Shown: positions 1 through 11,508, numbered from the stretch's first letter. The stretch: 44,621 nt of DNA from Thermoplasmatota archaeon (GCA_029762535.1 JARVGK010000025.1:1-44621), one strand, 5' to 3'. Numbers and translations are program-made. The notes: generated by a model from the sequence alone, not told the origin.

Positions 1-345
1 AAAAATCAGTTCACAAGATGCGGAATGTGGGATTAAACATGTAATTTCCGTATTAGTGTTGTCGAATTTTATGGAATAATCTGTTGTGATATCCATTTCC
101 GAATCTGGTTCTGCGATATGTTTACCGAGTAATACATATACATCATTATTATTACGGACAATAATATCCGTCAAACCATCCCCATCAATATCGCCTGTTG
201 TGTCACTCGTTGGTTTGGTCCTTGTTCCCGTGATTCTCACATCGTGATCATTTTCTGTTCTCATCTCCACAGATGTTACTTCGGGAACTGGAATTAAACT
301 TAAGAGAAGGAGAACCAACATCATTACTGACACTGCTTTTTTCAC
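1..345 (-). CDS. Secreted FG-GAP/VCBS-repeat protein, N-terminal part (runs off the window)
   Basis: Manual translation from GTG at 345 (AGGTGA RBS at 350-355): MKKAVSVMMLVLLLLSLIPV signal peptide, then GDIDGDGLTDIIV...VYVLLG FG-GAP motif; open to position 1. Confidence 0.8.
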   Translation of the reverse strand, partial: MKKAVSVMMLVLLLLSLIPVPEVTSVEMRTENDHDVRITGTRTKPTSDTTGDIDGDGLTDIIVRNNNDVYVLLGKHIAEPDSEMDITTDYSIKFDNTNTEITCLIPHSASCELIF

Positions 346-774
346 TGTATCACCTTTATTTGCGATATCATATATCATTCTACTATACACCTTAATCACT
401 TATTAAGATTATGAGCGGGTGTCCATTCTTGCACCACTCGTCCCTGTACGTTTGCATTTCACTCATTGCTCTTGATATGAGAATCACAGCAAGGTTTGGC
501 ATACTGATTTTCATACCCTTGCCCAACGGTGACGTGAAATTGACTCTCCGTGGGGCTATGATCATGCCAATGTAATTGGCAGGTTATGTGAAATAACATC
601 AGTTATTTTGCGACCATTTCGAAGTCCCGGATCGAAAAGATCTTGACGCAAGGGACTTACGAAAAAATCGACCATATTTTTCATACCATGTTGTGAACTT
701 TTAACTCAAGAGGGTTTCATCTCTTCTACAGGATCGGTCAATATGGTCCTGGAAAAAATGTGAACTTAGAGGCA

Positions 775-1824
775 CTACCTCACCTCAGCCCTCACGTCAA
801 GGTTGCTGGTAATGAGATCATATATCTTCATGTTCGTTCCCATGTCGATCTTGGATGAAGGGTAGATGTTCAACTTGTTATTCCTTATTCTGAGCTCCGT
901 TTTGACCATCTTGCATTCGTCTATCAGATCGGCCAGGAGAAAACCTTCATCCACTATCCTTGACAGATATGAGGTCTTCCATTCCTCTGAACTTTCCCTC
1001 AAGATCGCATTGATAGCATATCCGTCCAATGAGCTGGCGATATCCATCTTCCACGGATGCTCCACTCCAACTGTTCTGTTTTTATCGTCTAGCTTTACCT
1101 GCTCATAGGAGGTTGTCTTCTCTATCCTATCTTTGATCATGATATTCGATCGAACTATAAGATCGATAAAGGGCACAACATTTGCACATTCACCATGGTA
1201 AACGGAGAAGATACCCCGGCTATCTATACGAAAGCTGGTATCGTTGAACATACTGAAAGTTACGATATTGGGATATATCCCATAATAACTGGCCCATTCT
1301 TTTAGTGTCTCATACCCATCCTCCCCCGAGTACTGGGCATTCCTTTTGATCTCAGGGCGGATCCTCGATCTTTTCCTGGAACCTGGAACGTATCTTCCCG
1401 AAAAATGAGTGATTCGGCCTCTTTTTTCTTGGCCTATGAATGATGCGGCAAGGTCCATCATCATCGATGGGCTCACATAGAGATGATAAACATCCTTTTC
1501 ACCTTTGAAGAGCGGAAGGATATGTTCCGGTATCTGGTCGGTCTTTCTGAGATTTGTTATCAGGTACAGTATACCTTCTTCGGCCAATATTACCAGTAAT
1601 TCTTCATCCCCTTTTCCAAAGTGGGCCATAATGCCATGTCGTCCTTTTGAGGTATAACCGTTTTTTAAAAGGATCGTGAACGTATCATCGACCTTATCAT
1701 ACGAAGTGAGAAAACCTATGATCTGAAGGGTCCTGGAAATTCGTTCCTCTGACCCATCGATAAATGATAGGACCTCCTTCAAAGAACTGAAGGTCACATC
1801 ATCCGGTATTTGAATGAGAGCCAT
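775..1824 (-). CDS. Hypothetical protein (349 aa)
   Basis: Long ORF in AT-richer DNA with ATG start and an AT-rich TATA-like upstream region; no motif recognised. Confidence 0.75.
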   Translation of the reverse strand: MALIQIPDDVTFSSLKEVLSFIDGSEERISRTLQIIGFLTSYDKVDDTFTILLKNGYTSKGRHGIMAHFGKGDEELLVILAEEGILYLITNLRKTDQIPEHILPLFKGEKDVYHLYVSPSMMMDLAASFIGQEKRGRITHFSGRYVPGSRKRSRIRPEIKRNAQYSGEDGYETLKEWASYYGIYPNIVTFSMFNDTSFRIDSRGIFSVYHGECANVVPFIDLIVRSNIMIKDRIEKTTSYEQVKLDDKNRTVGVEHPWKMDIASSLDGYAINAILRESSEEWKTSYLSRIVDEGFLLADLIDECKMVKTELRIRNNKLNIYPSSKIDMGTNMKIYDLITSNLDVRAEVR

Positions 1825-1899
1825 AGGACATTCCCCATGAATAATACCTTAATCTTCTATTTAAACCAGATGGTATGGGTTCAGCGAATATCTGGCACC

Positions 1900-3030
1900 T
1901 CAATCCCCACCAGGGGATCGGCATTCCTTGCCTTTACACCACTTCTCGTCCAGATGGCAGTCCCTATGGAAGTTGCACGTCCTCTTGGAGATGTACACGA
2001 GAAGGAGCATTGTGGGGACCTCTATGAGGACGCCCACAACTGTCGCCAATGCCGCTCCGGAGGAGAGACCGAAGAGGATCGTCGCGGTGGCGATAGCCAC
2101 CTCGAAATGATTGGATGCGCCTATCATCGCCGCGGGGGCAGCGTCCCTGTAGGACAGCTTGAGGATCTTGGCGACGACGAAGTACCCGATCGAGAATATC
2201 AATATCGTCTGTATGAACAGCGGGATCGAGATCCAGAATATGGTGAGGGGATTGTTCACTATCACATCGCCCTTGAACGAGAACAGAAGCACGAGGGTCG
2301 CCAGAAGGGCGATAATACTGACAGGGGTCAGATACTTCATGAACCTTGTCTCGAACCACTCCTTCCCCTTGTATCTGATGAGGAGCTTCCTCGAGGCATA
2401 CCCGGTCGCCAGAGGGAGAGCGACGTAGATGCTGACGGAGAGCAGGATCGTCTCCCATGGGATCGGCATCGAGTTGACGCCGAGCAGGAACCCTCCCAGA
2501 GGGGCATACAGGAACAGCATCGTCAGGGAGTTGATCCCGACCATTACCAAGGTGAGCCCGTCATTGCCCCGAGCGAGATATCCCCAGACCAGCACCATCG
2601 CGGTGCAGGGAGCGATCCCCAGAAGGATCGCACCGGATATGTAGCTCCTCCACAGCTCGACCTCCTCCCCGCCCTTTATCACCTCGGTCCCGTCCAAAAA
2701 CCCCTTGAAGAGAACTCCCAGGAACAGGAACGCGATGGCGTACATGGTGAAGGGCTTGATGAGCCAGTTGATGCCGAGCGTCATCAATACCGGTTTCGGC
2801 GTCTTAGCCGCTTTAAGGACCTCGGTGAAATCGATCTTGACCATGATGGGATACATCATGAAGAACAGGGCGATGGCGATCGGGATCGAAACCTGGTATA
2901 TCGAGAACGAATCCAGGGTAGTTGCAACATCGGGAACGAGGCGCCCGAGGAGGATCCCCGCCCCGATGCAGATGATCACCCATATGCTCAGATATTTTTC
3001 GAAACCCGATAAAGCCCTTCCGGATGCCAT
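1900..3030 (-). CDS. acr3: ACR3-family arsenite efflux transporter
   Basis: [45 protein letters not shown] and GVLIEVP are ACR3 signature motifs; start taken as ATG 3030. Confidence 0.95.
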   Translation of the reverse strand: MASGRALSGFEKYLSIWVIICIGAGILLGRLVPDVATTLDSFSIYQVSIPIAIALFFMMYPIMVKIDFTEVLKAAKTPKPVLMTLGINWLIKPFTMYAIAFLFLGVLFKGFLDGTEVIKGGEEVELWRSYISGAILLGIAPCTAMVLVWGYLARGNDGLTLVMVGINSLTMLFLYAPLGGFLLGVNSMPIPWETILLSVSIYVALPLATGYASRKLLIRYKGKEWFETRFMKYLTPVSIIALLATLVLLFSFKGDVIVNNPLTIFWISIPLFIQTILIFSIGYFVVAKILKLSYRDAAPAAMIGASNHFEVAIATATILFGLSSGAALATVVGVLIEVPTMLLLVYISKRTCNFHRDCHLDEKWCKGKECRSPGGD

Positions 3031-3056
3031 GCGTCCCACTCCGTCATAGGTCCTGC

Positions 3057-3078
3057 CATTACGAATTTTTTTGAAATG
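3057..3078. promoter_or_regulatory. Putative ArsR operator upstream of acr3
   Basis: CATTACGAA-TTTT-TTTGAAATG, imperfect 9-4-9 inverted repeat between the minus-strand TATA (~3091-3099) and the acr3 start; resembles the site at 4675. Confidence 0.65.
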
Positions 3079-3156
3079 ATATCGTTCCTAATTATAAAGC
3101 TTATGCCTGAGCTTCCTCATCGTTCCATTTAATAATCATCAAAGGATTCATCCCTC

Positions 3157-3570
3157 ATGGCGGAGAAGGACAAGGGGCGCCTGGAGACGGCATGCAGATG
3201 CCTGGACATCGTCAAGCCGGACAGGAAGGACTACATCATACTGGAGGAGGGCGTATGCAAGGACATATCCTCCTTCATGAAGGCCCTCTCCGATCCTATA
3301 CGCATAAGGATAATCGAGATGCTCTCCCATGACCACCTCTACGTCTGCATAATACAGCATATACTCGACGATATCAGCAATTCCAAGCTCTCCTATCATC
3401 TGGACATATTGAAGAAAGAGGGGTTTATAGGATCGAAGAGGCAGGGGAACTTCATACTGTATTCGCTGACCCCTTTCGGCAAGGGGATCTGGGAAGGAAT
3501 GCTCTCTTCATGGGATAGGGATTCATGGTCCTCAGACGATCAGATTGCCGTAGATGAACCCCGCCAGTGA
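3157..3570 (+). CDS. arsR: ArsR/SmtB-family transcriptional regulator
   Basis: KALSDPIRIRII...LYVC...SKLSYHLDILKKEGFI winged HTH; divergent from acr3. Confidence 0.9.
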   Translation: MAEKDKGRLETACRCLDIVKPDRKDYIILEEGVCKDISSFMKALSDPIRIRIIEMLSHDHLYVCIIQHILDDISNSKLSYHLDILKKEGFIGSKRQGNFILYSLTPFGKGIWEGMLSSWDRDSWSSDDQIAVDEPRQ

Positions 3571-4662
3571 CGAGAATATCACGACCAGAAGTATGTATGT
3601 CATGGTCTTCTTCAGGCCCATTATCTTCGTGAGCACTATCATACTGGGAAGGCTGACCGCGGGTCCGGCGAGCAAGAGGGCAAGGGCGGGACCGGATCCC
3701 ATCACACCGTCGGAATATCCGAACGTCGTTCCGATTATCGGGACCTCGAGGAGCGTGGGCATGTAGAGAAGGGCCCCGATGACGGATGCGAGAAGGTTAG
3801 CGAGTATTCCCTCGTTCCCCAATGCCGGCCTGAACGTCTCCGGGGGCACGAAATAGGCGATGACACCCACGACGAAGGCCCCGGCGACGAGAATGGGCAC
3901 GATCTTCTTTGTGAGGTCCCATGTCTCCATGCCCCAATCGGTGATCTCGTCCTTTTTGAAGTAATAGATAGACATCAATCCTATTCCGATGGTGAGGGCA
4001 TAGACTATGGGGAACTTGATCATCCAGGGAGAACTGATGTCCAACCCAATGGAGGATGCGAATTCCATCACGTTGCTGAAGGAGGAGGCCCCGAAGATCA
4101 GGATCCCCAACAACGATAGGAAAAAGGCCAATGGGACCCATTTTGGCCTTTCGCTCTTCTCGGAAGCCATCTCCAGCATCGGGTTCTTCTTCGCCTCCTC
4201 CATGAGCGCCCTGTCGTGCTTCCTGTAGATCACGGACATTAGAAAACCGATCACCATCGACATGAGAACGGCGATGATCGCTCTCGCCGCTCCGATGTCG
4301 TAACCCAAAGCACTTGCGGTATATGCTATGGCCAGGACGTTTATGGCGGGTCCGGAATAGAGAAAGGCCGTCGCCGGTCCGATCCCGCTTCCCTTCTTGT
4401 AGATCCCGGCAAAGAGCGGCAGTATCGTGCATGAGCATACGGCAAGAACGGTCCCGGATACGGCGGCGAGCGGGTATGATATATAGCGCTTGACGCTGGG
4501 TCCGAAATACTTCAGGATCGCGTCCTTCTTGACGAAGGCGGCTATGGCCCCTGCGATGAACAGGGCCGGAATTAGGCAGGTTATGGTGTGGTTGACTATG
4601 TAGTCCAGGAGCGAGTCCATTCCGCTCCCGAGGGATCTGATGATCATGCCGATGATGTCCAT
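3532..4662 (-). CDS. ArsP-like permease (DUF318)
   Basis: CLIPALFIAGAI, LAVCSCTILPLF, FLYSGPAIN and GPALALLLAGPAVSLP; two-lobed membrane protein in an ars context. Confidence 0.9.
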   Translation of the reverse strand: MDIIGMIIRSLGSGMDSLLDYIVNHTITCLIPALFIAGAIAAFVKKDAILKYFGPSVKRYISYPLAAVSGTVLAVCSCTILPLFAGIYKKGSGIGPATAFLYSGPAINVLAIAYTASALGYDIGAARAIIAVLMSMVIGFLMSVIYRKHDRALMEEAKKNPMLEMASEKSERPKWVPLAFFLSLLGILIFGASSFSNVMEFASSIGLDISSPWMIKFPIVYALTIGIGLMSIYYFKKDEITDWGMETWDLTKKIVPILVAGAFVVGVIAYFVPPETFRPALGNEGILANLLASVIGALLYMPTLLEVPIIGTTFGYSDGVMGSGPALALLLAGPAVSLPSMIVLTKIMGLKKTMTYILLVVIFSSLAGFIYGNLIV

Positions 4663-4674
4663 TGCGATGCCTTC

Positions 4675-4696
4675 TGTTTCAAATTATTTTGAAACA
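4675..4696. promoter_or_regulatory. Putative ArsR operator upstream of the permease
   Basis: Perfect 9-4-9 inverted repeat TGTTTCAAA-TTAT-TTTGAAACA, 13 nt before the permease start and downstream of a TATA-like ATTAATAT. Confidence 0.75.
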
Positions 4697-4798
4697 CCAT
4701 TGCTAACCCCATATTAATCCTTTCGGCTATATAGAAGAAAGAGGGAGAATAGTTTATAATGGGGATCCATGAGGATCCTCATGTATGGAGGCCCGGCA

Positions 4799-5299
4799 AT
4801 GAAGGGCATGGTCATATTCACATCCAAGTACGGTTCCACGGAACAATACGCACGCTGGATAGGCGAGGAGACAGGGTTCCCAGTCATCGATCTTAAGAAG
4901 GATAAGAACATCATGATCGATGACGCCCGGATCATCGTAATCGGGGGATGGATACTCGCGTCGAAACTGACGAGCCGATCATGGATAATCAAGAACTGGG
5001 ACCGTATCAAGGACAGGAAAGTGATCCTGTTCTCGGCTTCCGGCGAGGAGCCAAACGAGAAGATGAAGAGGACCATACTTGAACAAAGCCTCCCTCCGCA
5101 TATCAGGGATGGGATCTCCTACTACCCGCTCTATGGCAGGTTCATCCCTGAGAGGTTGAACATCGGACACAGGATAATGACCGGGGCCGCATCCAAGCTC
5201 TTCGGAGGGGATCCCCTCGTCCGGAAGATGATGGCGGGTTTCGACGGGGTGAAAAAGGAGAACATTAAAAGCATCATCGAGGCGATCCGAAAAAGATGA
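4799..5299 (+). CDS. Flavodoxin-domain protein (HemG-like/Flavodoxin_5)
   Basis: FTSKYGSTEQYARWI FMN-binding loop; GGAGG RBS at 4787 and TTTATAAT at 4753. Confidence 0.85.
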   Translation: MKGMVIFTSKYGSTEQYARWIGEETGFPVIDLKKDKNIMIDDARIIVIGGWILASKLTSRSWIIKNWDRIKDRKVILFSASGEEPNEKMKRTILEQSLPPHIRDGISYYPLYGRFIPERLNIGHRIMTGAASKLFGGDPLVRKMMAGFDGVKKENIKSIIEAIRKR

Positions 5300-5310
5300 G
5301 GAATGGACCT

Positions 5311-5700
5311 TCAATAAAGGATGACGTTGACCATTACCTTCCTTCCGCGGACCCTCTCCTCTCCAAGCCTCTCGATGACGGTCCTGACGAGATCCTCATC
5401 GTCGATGTCCTGGATCCTGCCGTCCCTGCGGTCGATTATATTGATATGGCTGTCGGGTTTCATCTCGATCCTGGTCTCCCCCCCCAGGTCGATGAGGTTG
5501 AGATAGCCGTGCTTCTCCAGCGTGGATATCGTGTTGTACAGCGTCGAGAAGCTTACGGAGGGCATCCTCTCCTTGACAAGCGAGTGCAGTTCGTTAAGAG
5601 AGGGGTGGTCCAAGCGTCTCTCGTTAAGGATCCTTATGATCTCGATCCTCTGGGGGGTCATCTTCAACCCCATGGCCTTGAGGTCCCTGGAGACATCCAT
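5311..5700 (-). CDS. Fur/PerR-family transcriptional regulator
   Basis: GLKMTPQRIEII, HPS and SFSTLYNTI Fur HTH; divergent from prx-katG. Confidence 0.9.
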   Translation of the reverse strand: MDVSRDLKAMGLKMTPQRIEIIRILNERRLDHPSLNELHSLVKERMPSVSFSTLYNTISTLEKHGYLNLIDLGGETRIEMKPDSHINIIDRRDGRIQDIDDEDLVRTVIERLGEERVRGRKVMVNVILY

Positions 5701-5754
5701 GCCCGGGTAATTGCATCTCCTGATATTTAACTTTTAATTGATTATTACTTCTAC

Positions 5755-5770
5755 ATAGAAACGATTTTAT
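5755..5770. promoter_or_regulatory. Possible Fur/PerR operator
   Basis: Imperfect AT-rich palindrome ATAGAAAC|GATTTTAT in the fur-prx divergent intergenic region. Confidence 0.3.
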
Positions 5771-5903
5771 ATTCTGATAGCTTTCACACATTCCGCCAAG
5801 AGCCGTATGAAGAACGTCGCGGACCGTCATCATAATAAGAAGCGGTCGGCCGACCATTTATATGGTGAATGGACAATATAGCAATAGAAATGGAGGGAAG
5901 AGT

Positions 5904-6587
5904 ATGGAAGAGAAAAATGAGGCATACAGGATGCCCCTCATAGGGGACAAGGCGCCGTCATTCACGGCCAAGACGACACAGGGGGAGATCAGTTTCCCCG
6001 ACGACTACAAGGGAAAATGGGTGATACTGTTCAGCCATCCGGCGGACTTCACCCCGGTGTGTACGACAGAGTTCATGACCTTCGCGTCCATGCATGAGGA
6101 TTTCAAGGCCCTGAACTGCGAGCTGATAGGGCTTTCTATCGACAGCATATACGCCCACATCGCCTGGCTCAGGACGATAAAGGAGAAGATCGTTTTCAAA
6201 GGGATGAAGAACATCGAGGTCAACTTCCCTGTCATCGAGGACCTAAAGATGGAGGTAGCCAAGGCCTTCGGGATGCTTCAGTTGAACGCCTCGACGACCC
6301 AGGCGGTCAGGGCGGTCTTTATAATGGACCCCGAATCGAAGGTGAGGGCGATCCTCTACTATCCTTTGTCCAACGGCAGGAACATGGACGAGATCATGAG
6401 ACTGCTGGTGGCCATGCAGAAGTCCGATGCGGAGAAGATCGCCACCCCCGCCAACTGGAGGCCCGGTGACGATGTCATCATCCCGCCCCCCGGGTCCTGC
6501 GGCATGGCCAAGGACAGGGTAGAGAAGGAGGAAGAAGGCAAATACTGCCTGGACTGGTTCATGTGCTTCAGGAAAGAGAAGAAGTGA
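5904..6587 (+). CDS. Peroxiredoxin (Prx6/archaeal type)
   Basis: FSHPADFTPVCTTE, YYPLSNGRN, TPANWRPG and C-terminal CLDWFMC; ATG 5904 after GGAGG. Confidence 0.95.
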   Translation: MEEKNEAYRMPLIGDKAPSFTAKTTQGEISFPDDYKGKWVILFSHPADFTPVCTTEFMTFASMHEDFKALNCELIGLSIDSIYAHIAWLRTIKEKIVFKGMKNIEVNFPVIEDLKMEVAKAFGMLQLNASTTQAVRAVFIMDPESKVRAILYYPLSNGRNMDEIMRLLVAMQKSDAEKIATPANWRPGDDVIIPPPGSCGMAKDRVEKEEEGKYCLDWFMCFRKEKK

Positions 6588-6599
6588 TAAACATCATAG

Positions 6600-8813
<2,214 letters not shown>

Positions 8814-8822
8814 GCTTCGAGA

Positions 8823-9242
8823 ATGGACCTTCGAGGACCGATGTCGCAAGAAGCAGGCATCAGAAGGATACGCAGCCCGATCATACGGGGGGCCCTCATA
8901 TCCCTTGGTATAATTAGCGTGGCCCTTGGGACGATCGGCATATTCGTCCCTCTTTTGCCCACGACCCCGTTCCTTCTCCTGGCGGCGGCATGTTTCATAT
9001 ACAGTTCCCAAACGATGTATAAATGGCTTCTGACCAACCGCATTTTCGGAAGGTATCTGAGAGATTACATCGAAAGCAAGGGGATCCCCCTCCGCATCAA
9101 GATCTGGACGTTGTTATTCCTGTGGGGCACCATCATCACATCCATGATATTCTTCACCGATTCGATTCTCGTTCGAATAATGCTGCTGTTCATCGCTTCA
9201 GCGGTAACGTTACATCTGTTCTGGATCAAGACAAAGAAATAG
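8823..9242 (+). CDS. YbaN/DUF454 membrane protein
   Basis: LGTIGIFVPLLPTTPFLLLAAACF signature. Confidence 0.9.
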   Translation: MDLRGPMSQEAGIRRIRSPIIRGALISLGIISVALGTIGIFVPLLPTTPFLLLAAACFIYSSQTMYKWLLTNRIFGRYLRDYIESKGIPLRIKIWTLLFLWGTIITSMIFFTDSILVRIMLLFIASAVTLHLFWIKTKK

Positions 9243-9305
9243 AAATCCATAGTCGATATTTTCAACGCCATAGGTAGGCGATGACCCTGAACAAGCCAAT
9301 ACCGA

Positions 9306-9482
9306 TATCCCGGAAGGGGATCCGAAGATAAGGAGAGGCTACCGATCAGGGGTAAGCTGAGATATCGAATGCACATCGGAAGGATATGGACAATATTCTA
9401 TTCCATACTGGAAGATGTTAAAGAGGTCCGCGTATCGGAGATCCTCCCGATAGATGATACGCACAAGAGATACGGTTTTTAA
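9306..9482 (+). pseudogene. 5'-truncated RelE/ParE-like toxin remnant
   Basis: Manual translation YPGRGSEDKERLPIRGKLRYRMHIGRIWTIFYSILEDVKEVRVSEILPIDDTHKRYGF*; in-frame TGA at 9288 upstream and no N-terminal half. Confidence 0.7.
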
Positions 9483-9515
9483 CAGCATCCGACATGAGTG
9501 TGGTCGGTTATCAGT

Positions 9516-9560
9516 TGCTCATAGTTGCACAATATATTTATATTACTTCTCATATGAGCA
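9516..9560. promoter_or_regulatory. Promoter with inverted TGCTCATA/TATGAGCA boxes; putative DUF134 operator
   Basis: TGCTCATA (9516-9523) and TATGAGCA (9553-9560) flank a TATA (ATATATTTATATT); palindrome CTCATATGAG at 9549-9558 just before the ATG. Confidence 0.55.
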
Positions 9561-9565
9561 TTATC

Positions 9566-9904
9566 ATGCGGTGGAGGCACGGCCGATACAGAAGCTCGAG
9601 GATCATCGAGAACGTCCCTGACGTGACCTTCTTCAAACCGGCGGGGGTCCCCATGTGGTCCATGGAGATCGTAGATATCTCATACCCGGAGCTGGAATCG
9701 CTCAGGCTAGTGGATTACGAGGGGCTGACCCAGGAGGAGGCCGCTTCAAAGATGGGTATCTCAAGGAGATCCCTCTGGAGCGATCTCAACAACGCCAGGA
9801 AGAAGGTGGCCTATGCGCTGTCTATGGGCTGCGCACTTCAAATATCAGGCATGGGACATTCGGCCCCCAAAAAGACCGCAGAAGAGGAGAAAGGAAGTGA
9901 GTGA
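9566..9904 (+). CDS. DUF134 (UPF0251) HTH DNA-binding protein
   Basis: FFKPAGVP, ELESLRLVDYEGLTQEEAASKMGISR, ARKKVA. Confidence 0.92.
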   Translation: MRWRHGRYRSSRIIENVPDVTFFKPAGVPMWSMEIVDISYPELESLRLVDYEGLTQEEAASKMGISRRSLWSDLNNARKKVAYALSMGCALQISGMGHSAPKKTAEEEKGSE

Positions 9905-9905
9905 G

Positions 9906-10127
9906 ATGCCGGGAGGCGACAGGACAGGACCATGGGGTCAAGGCCCCATGACGGGAAGGCGAATGGGCTACTGCTCGGGAAGCAATTACCCGGGATACAC
10001 GGGCAATTTCGGATGGGGCGGAGGCCGAGGATATGGAAGGAGGACCTTCGGGCCTGGAAGGTTCGGCAGGTTCTTCGGGTTCGGACCCTTCAGAAGAGGG
10101 TTCTTCTTCGGAAGAGGCAGGTGGTGA
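9906..10127 (+). CDS. DUF5320-family Gly/Arg-rich protein, copy 1 (short)
   Basis: MPGGDRTGPWGQGPMTGRRMGYC N-terminal signature. Confidence 0.85.
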   Translation: MPGGDRTGPWGQGPMTGRRMGYCSGSNYPGYTGNFGWGGGRGYGRRTFGPGRFGRFFGFGPFRRGFFFGRGRW

Positions 10128-10128
10128 G

Positions 10129-10443
10129 ATGCCGGGAGGAGACGGAACAGGACCATGGGGCAGGGGCCCCAGGACGGGGTGGGGGCTCGGATACTGCGGA
10201 GATCCTTATGGACCGATGTATCCAGGACCCCGTGGAAGAGGTTTCGGAAGGGGTAGGAGATGGTTCTATGAGGACATTCCCGAGAGAAACCCCATCAGGT
10301 CACCCGTCGATCAGTCTTACTTCAAGGAACCATCCAGAGAGAAAGAGAAGAACTATCTCCAAGGGATCGTCCAGGACATGGAGGCAGAGCTCCTGGACAT
10401 TAAGGAAAGGATCGCAGAACTCGATAAGGAAAAGGATGAATGA
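10129..10443 (+). CDS. DUF5320-family protein, copy 2 (with C-terminal coiled coil)
   Basis: MPGGDGTGPWGRGPRTGWGLGYC ... EKEKNYL...LLDIKERIAEL. Confidence 0.88.
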   Translation: MPGGDGTGPWGRGPRTGWGLGYCGDPYGPMYPGPRGRGFGRGRRWFYEDIPERNPIRSPVDQSYFKEPSREKEKNYLQGIVQDMEAELLDIKERIAELDKEKDE

Positions 10444-10489
10444 ACGGTCCGAAGGATCGTTCCCGTATATACACATCGGATAATGGACA

Positions 10490-11320
10490 GTGATGGTCAT
10501 GGATCAAAATGAAAGGATGAAAGAGATGGAAGAGCAGCAGGAGAGGATCCGAAAGAACGTCGGCCGCATTAGGAACAAGATCGTCGTGATGAGCGGCAAG
10601 GGAGGGGTCGGAAAGACCACTGTTGCCGTGAACATCGCAAGCGGACTTGCAAAAAAGGGCCACAACGTTGGGATCCTGGACGTTGACATACACGGTCCCA
10701 ACGTCCCCAAGATGCTGGGCCTTGAGGGGAGCAAGCTCCACTACAACGATGAGGGGATGATCCCCTTGAAGGTCACGGACCACCTTAAAGCGATCTCCAT
10801 GTCCTTTCTGCTGCCGGATGAGGGATCTCCGGTCATCTGGAGAGGGCCCATGAAGATCTCGATCATAAACCAGTTCCTCGGCGATGTCCTATGGGGAGAT
10901 CTGGACTATCTCGTTATCGACCTTCCACCGGGAACCGGGGATGAGACACTGAGCATCGCACAGCTGATCACAGGGGCCCATGCTCTGATAGTGACAACGC
11001 CGCAGGATGTTGCATTGCTAGATTCGAGGAAGGCTCTGAACTTCGCAAGGAAGCTCGACATGCCGATACTGGGCCTGGTCGAGAACATGAGCGGCATGGC
11101 CTGCCCCCATTGCGGGAAGGGGATCGACCTCTTCAAGAAGGGAGGAGGGGAAAGGTCCGCCATCGAGATGGGGGTCGAATTCCTCGGGAGACTTCCCATA
11201 GACCCGAACATCGTACTTAGCGGAGACGAGGGGATCCCGATGATGCTAAAAGAGGAGGATTCAGCCTCCATAGGACCTTTCAATGAGATATTGGACAGGA
11301 TAGAAAAAATAATGGAGTAG
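10490..11320 (+). CDS. mrp: Mrp/NBP35 (ApbC) Fe-S carrier ATPase
   Basis: [31 protein letters not shown] and ENMS..CPHC motifs. Confidence 0.95.
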   Translation: MMVMDQNERMKEMEEQQERIRKNVGRIRNKIVVMSGKGGVGKTTVAVNIASGLAKKGHNVGILDVDIHGPNVPKMLGLEGSKLHYNDEGMIPLKVTDHLKAISMSFLLPDEGSPVIWRGPMKISIINQFLGDVLWGDLDYLVIDLPPGTGDETLSIAQLITGAHALIVTTPQDVALLDSRKALNFARKLDMPILGLVENMSGMACPHCGKGIDLFKKGGGERSAIEMGVEFLGRLPIDPNIVLSGDEGIPMMLKEEDSASIGPFNEILDRIEKIME

Positions 11321-11325
11321 GTAAA

Positions 11326-11472
11326 ATGCAACAGGGGAGACAACGATCCGGAATGGGACCAGGCGGTTCCTGCAAATGCGCGAATTGCGGCCATGTGGAA
11401 CCTCATCAGAGAGGGGTTCCTTGCATGGAGAGAAAATGCCCCAAGTGCGGATCCGCACTGACAAGGGGATGA
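11326..11472 (+). CDS. 48-aa Cys-rich mini-protein (double CxxC)
   Basis: Manual translation MQQGRQRSGMGPGGSCKCANCGHVEPHQRGVPCMERKCPKCGSALTRG*; fills the gap in the operon. Confidence 0.85.
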   Translation: MQQGRQRSGMGPGGSCKCANCGHVEPHQRGVPCMERKCPKCGSALTRG

Positions 11473-11508
11473 GCGTAGTAAATTTCACGAACAAGGAGGG
11501 AAATTCAA

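Noticed and set aside
346-774. Short ORFs (e.g. 54 aa from ATG 411) in the left intergenic gap
   Set aside because: No RBS, motif or coding-like composition
1810-3012. Long alternative ORFs such as the 400-aa + strand ORF, 32623-33363 and 28239-29057
   Set aside because: Antisense or off-frame shadows of well-supported genes in GC-rich DNA
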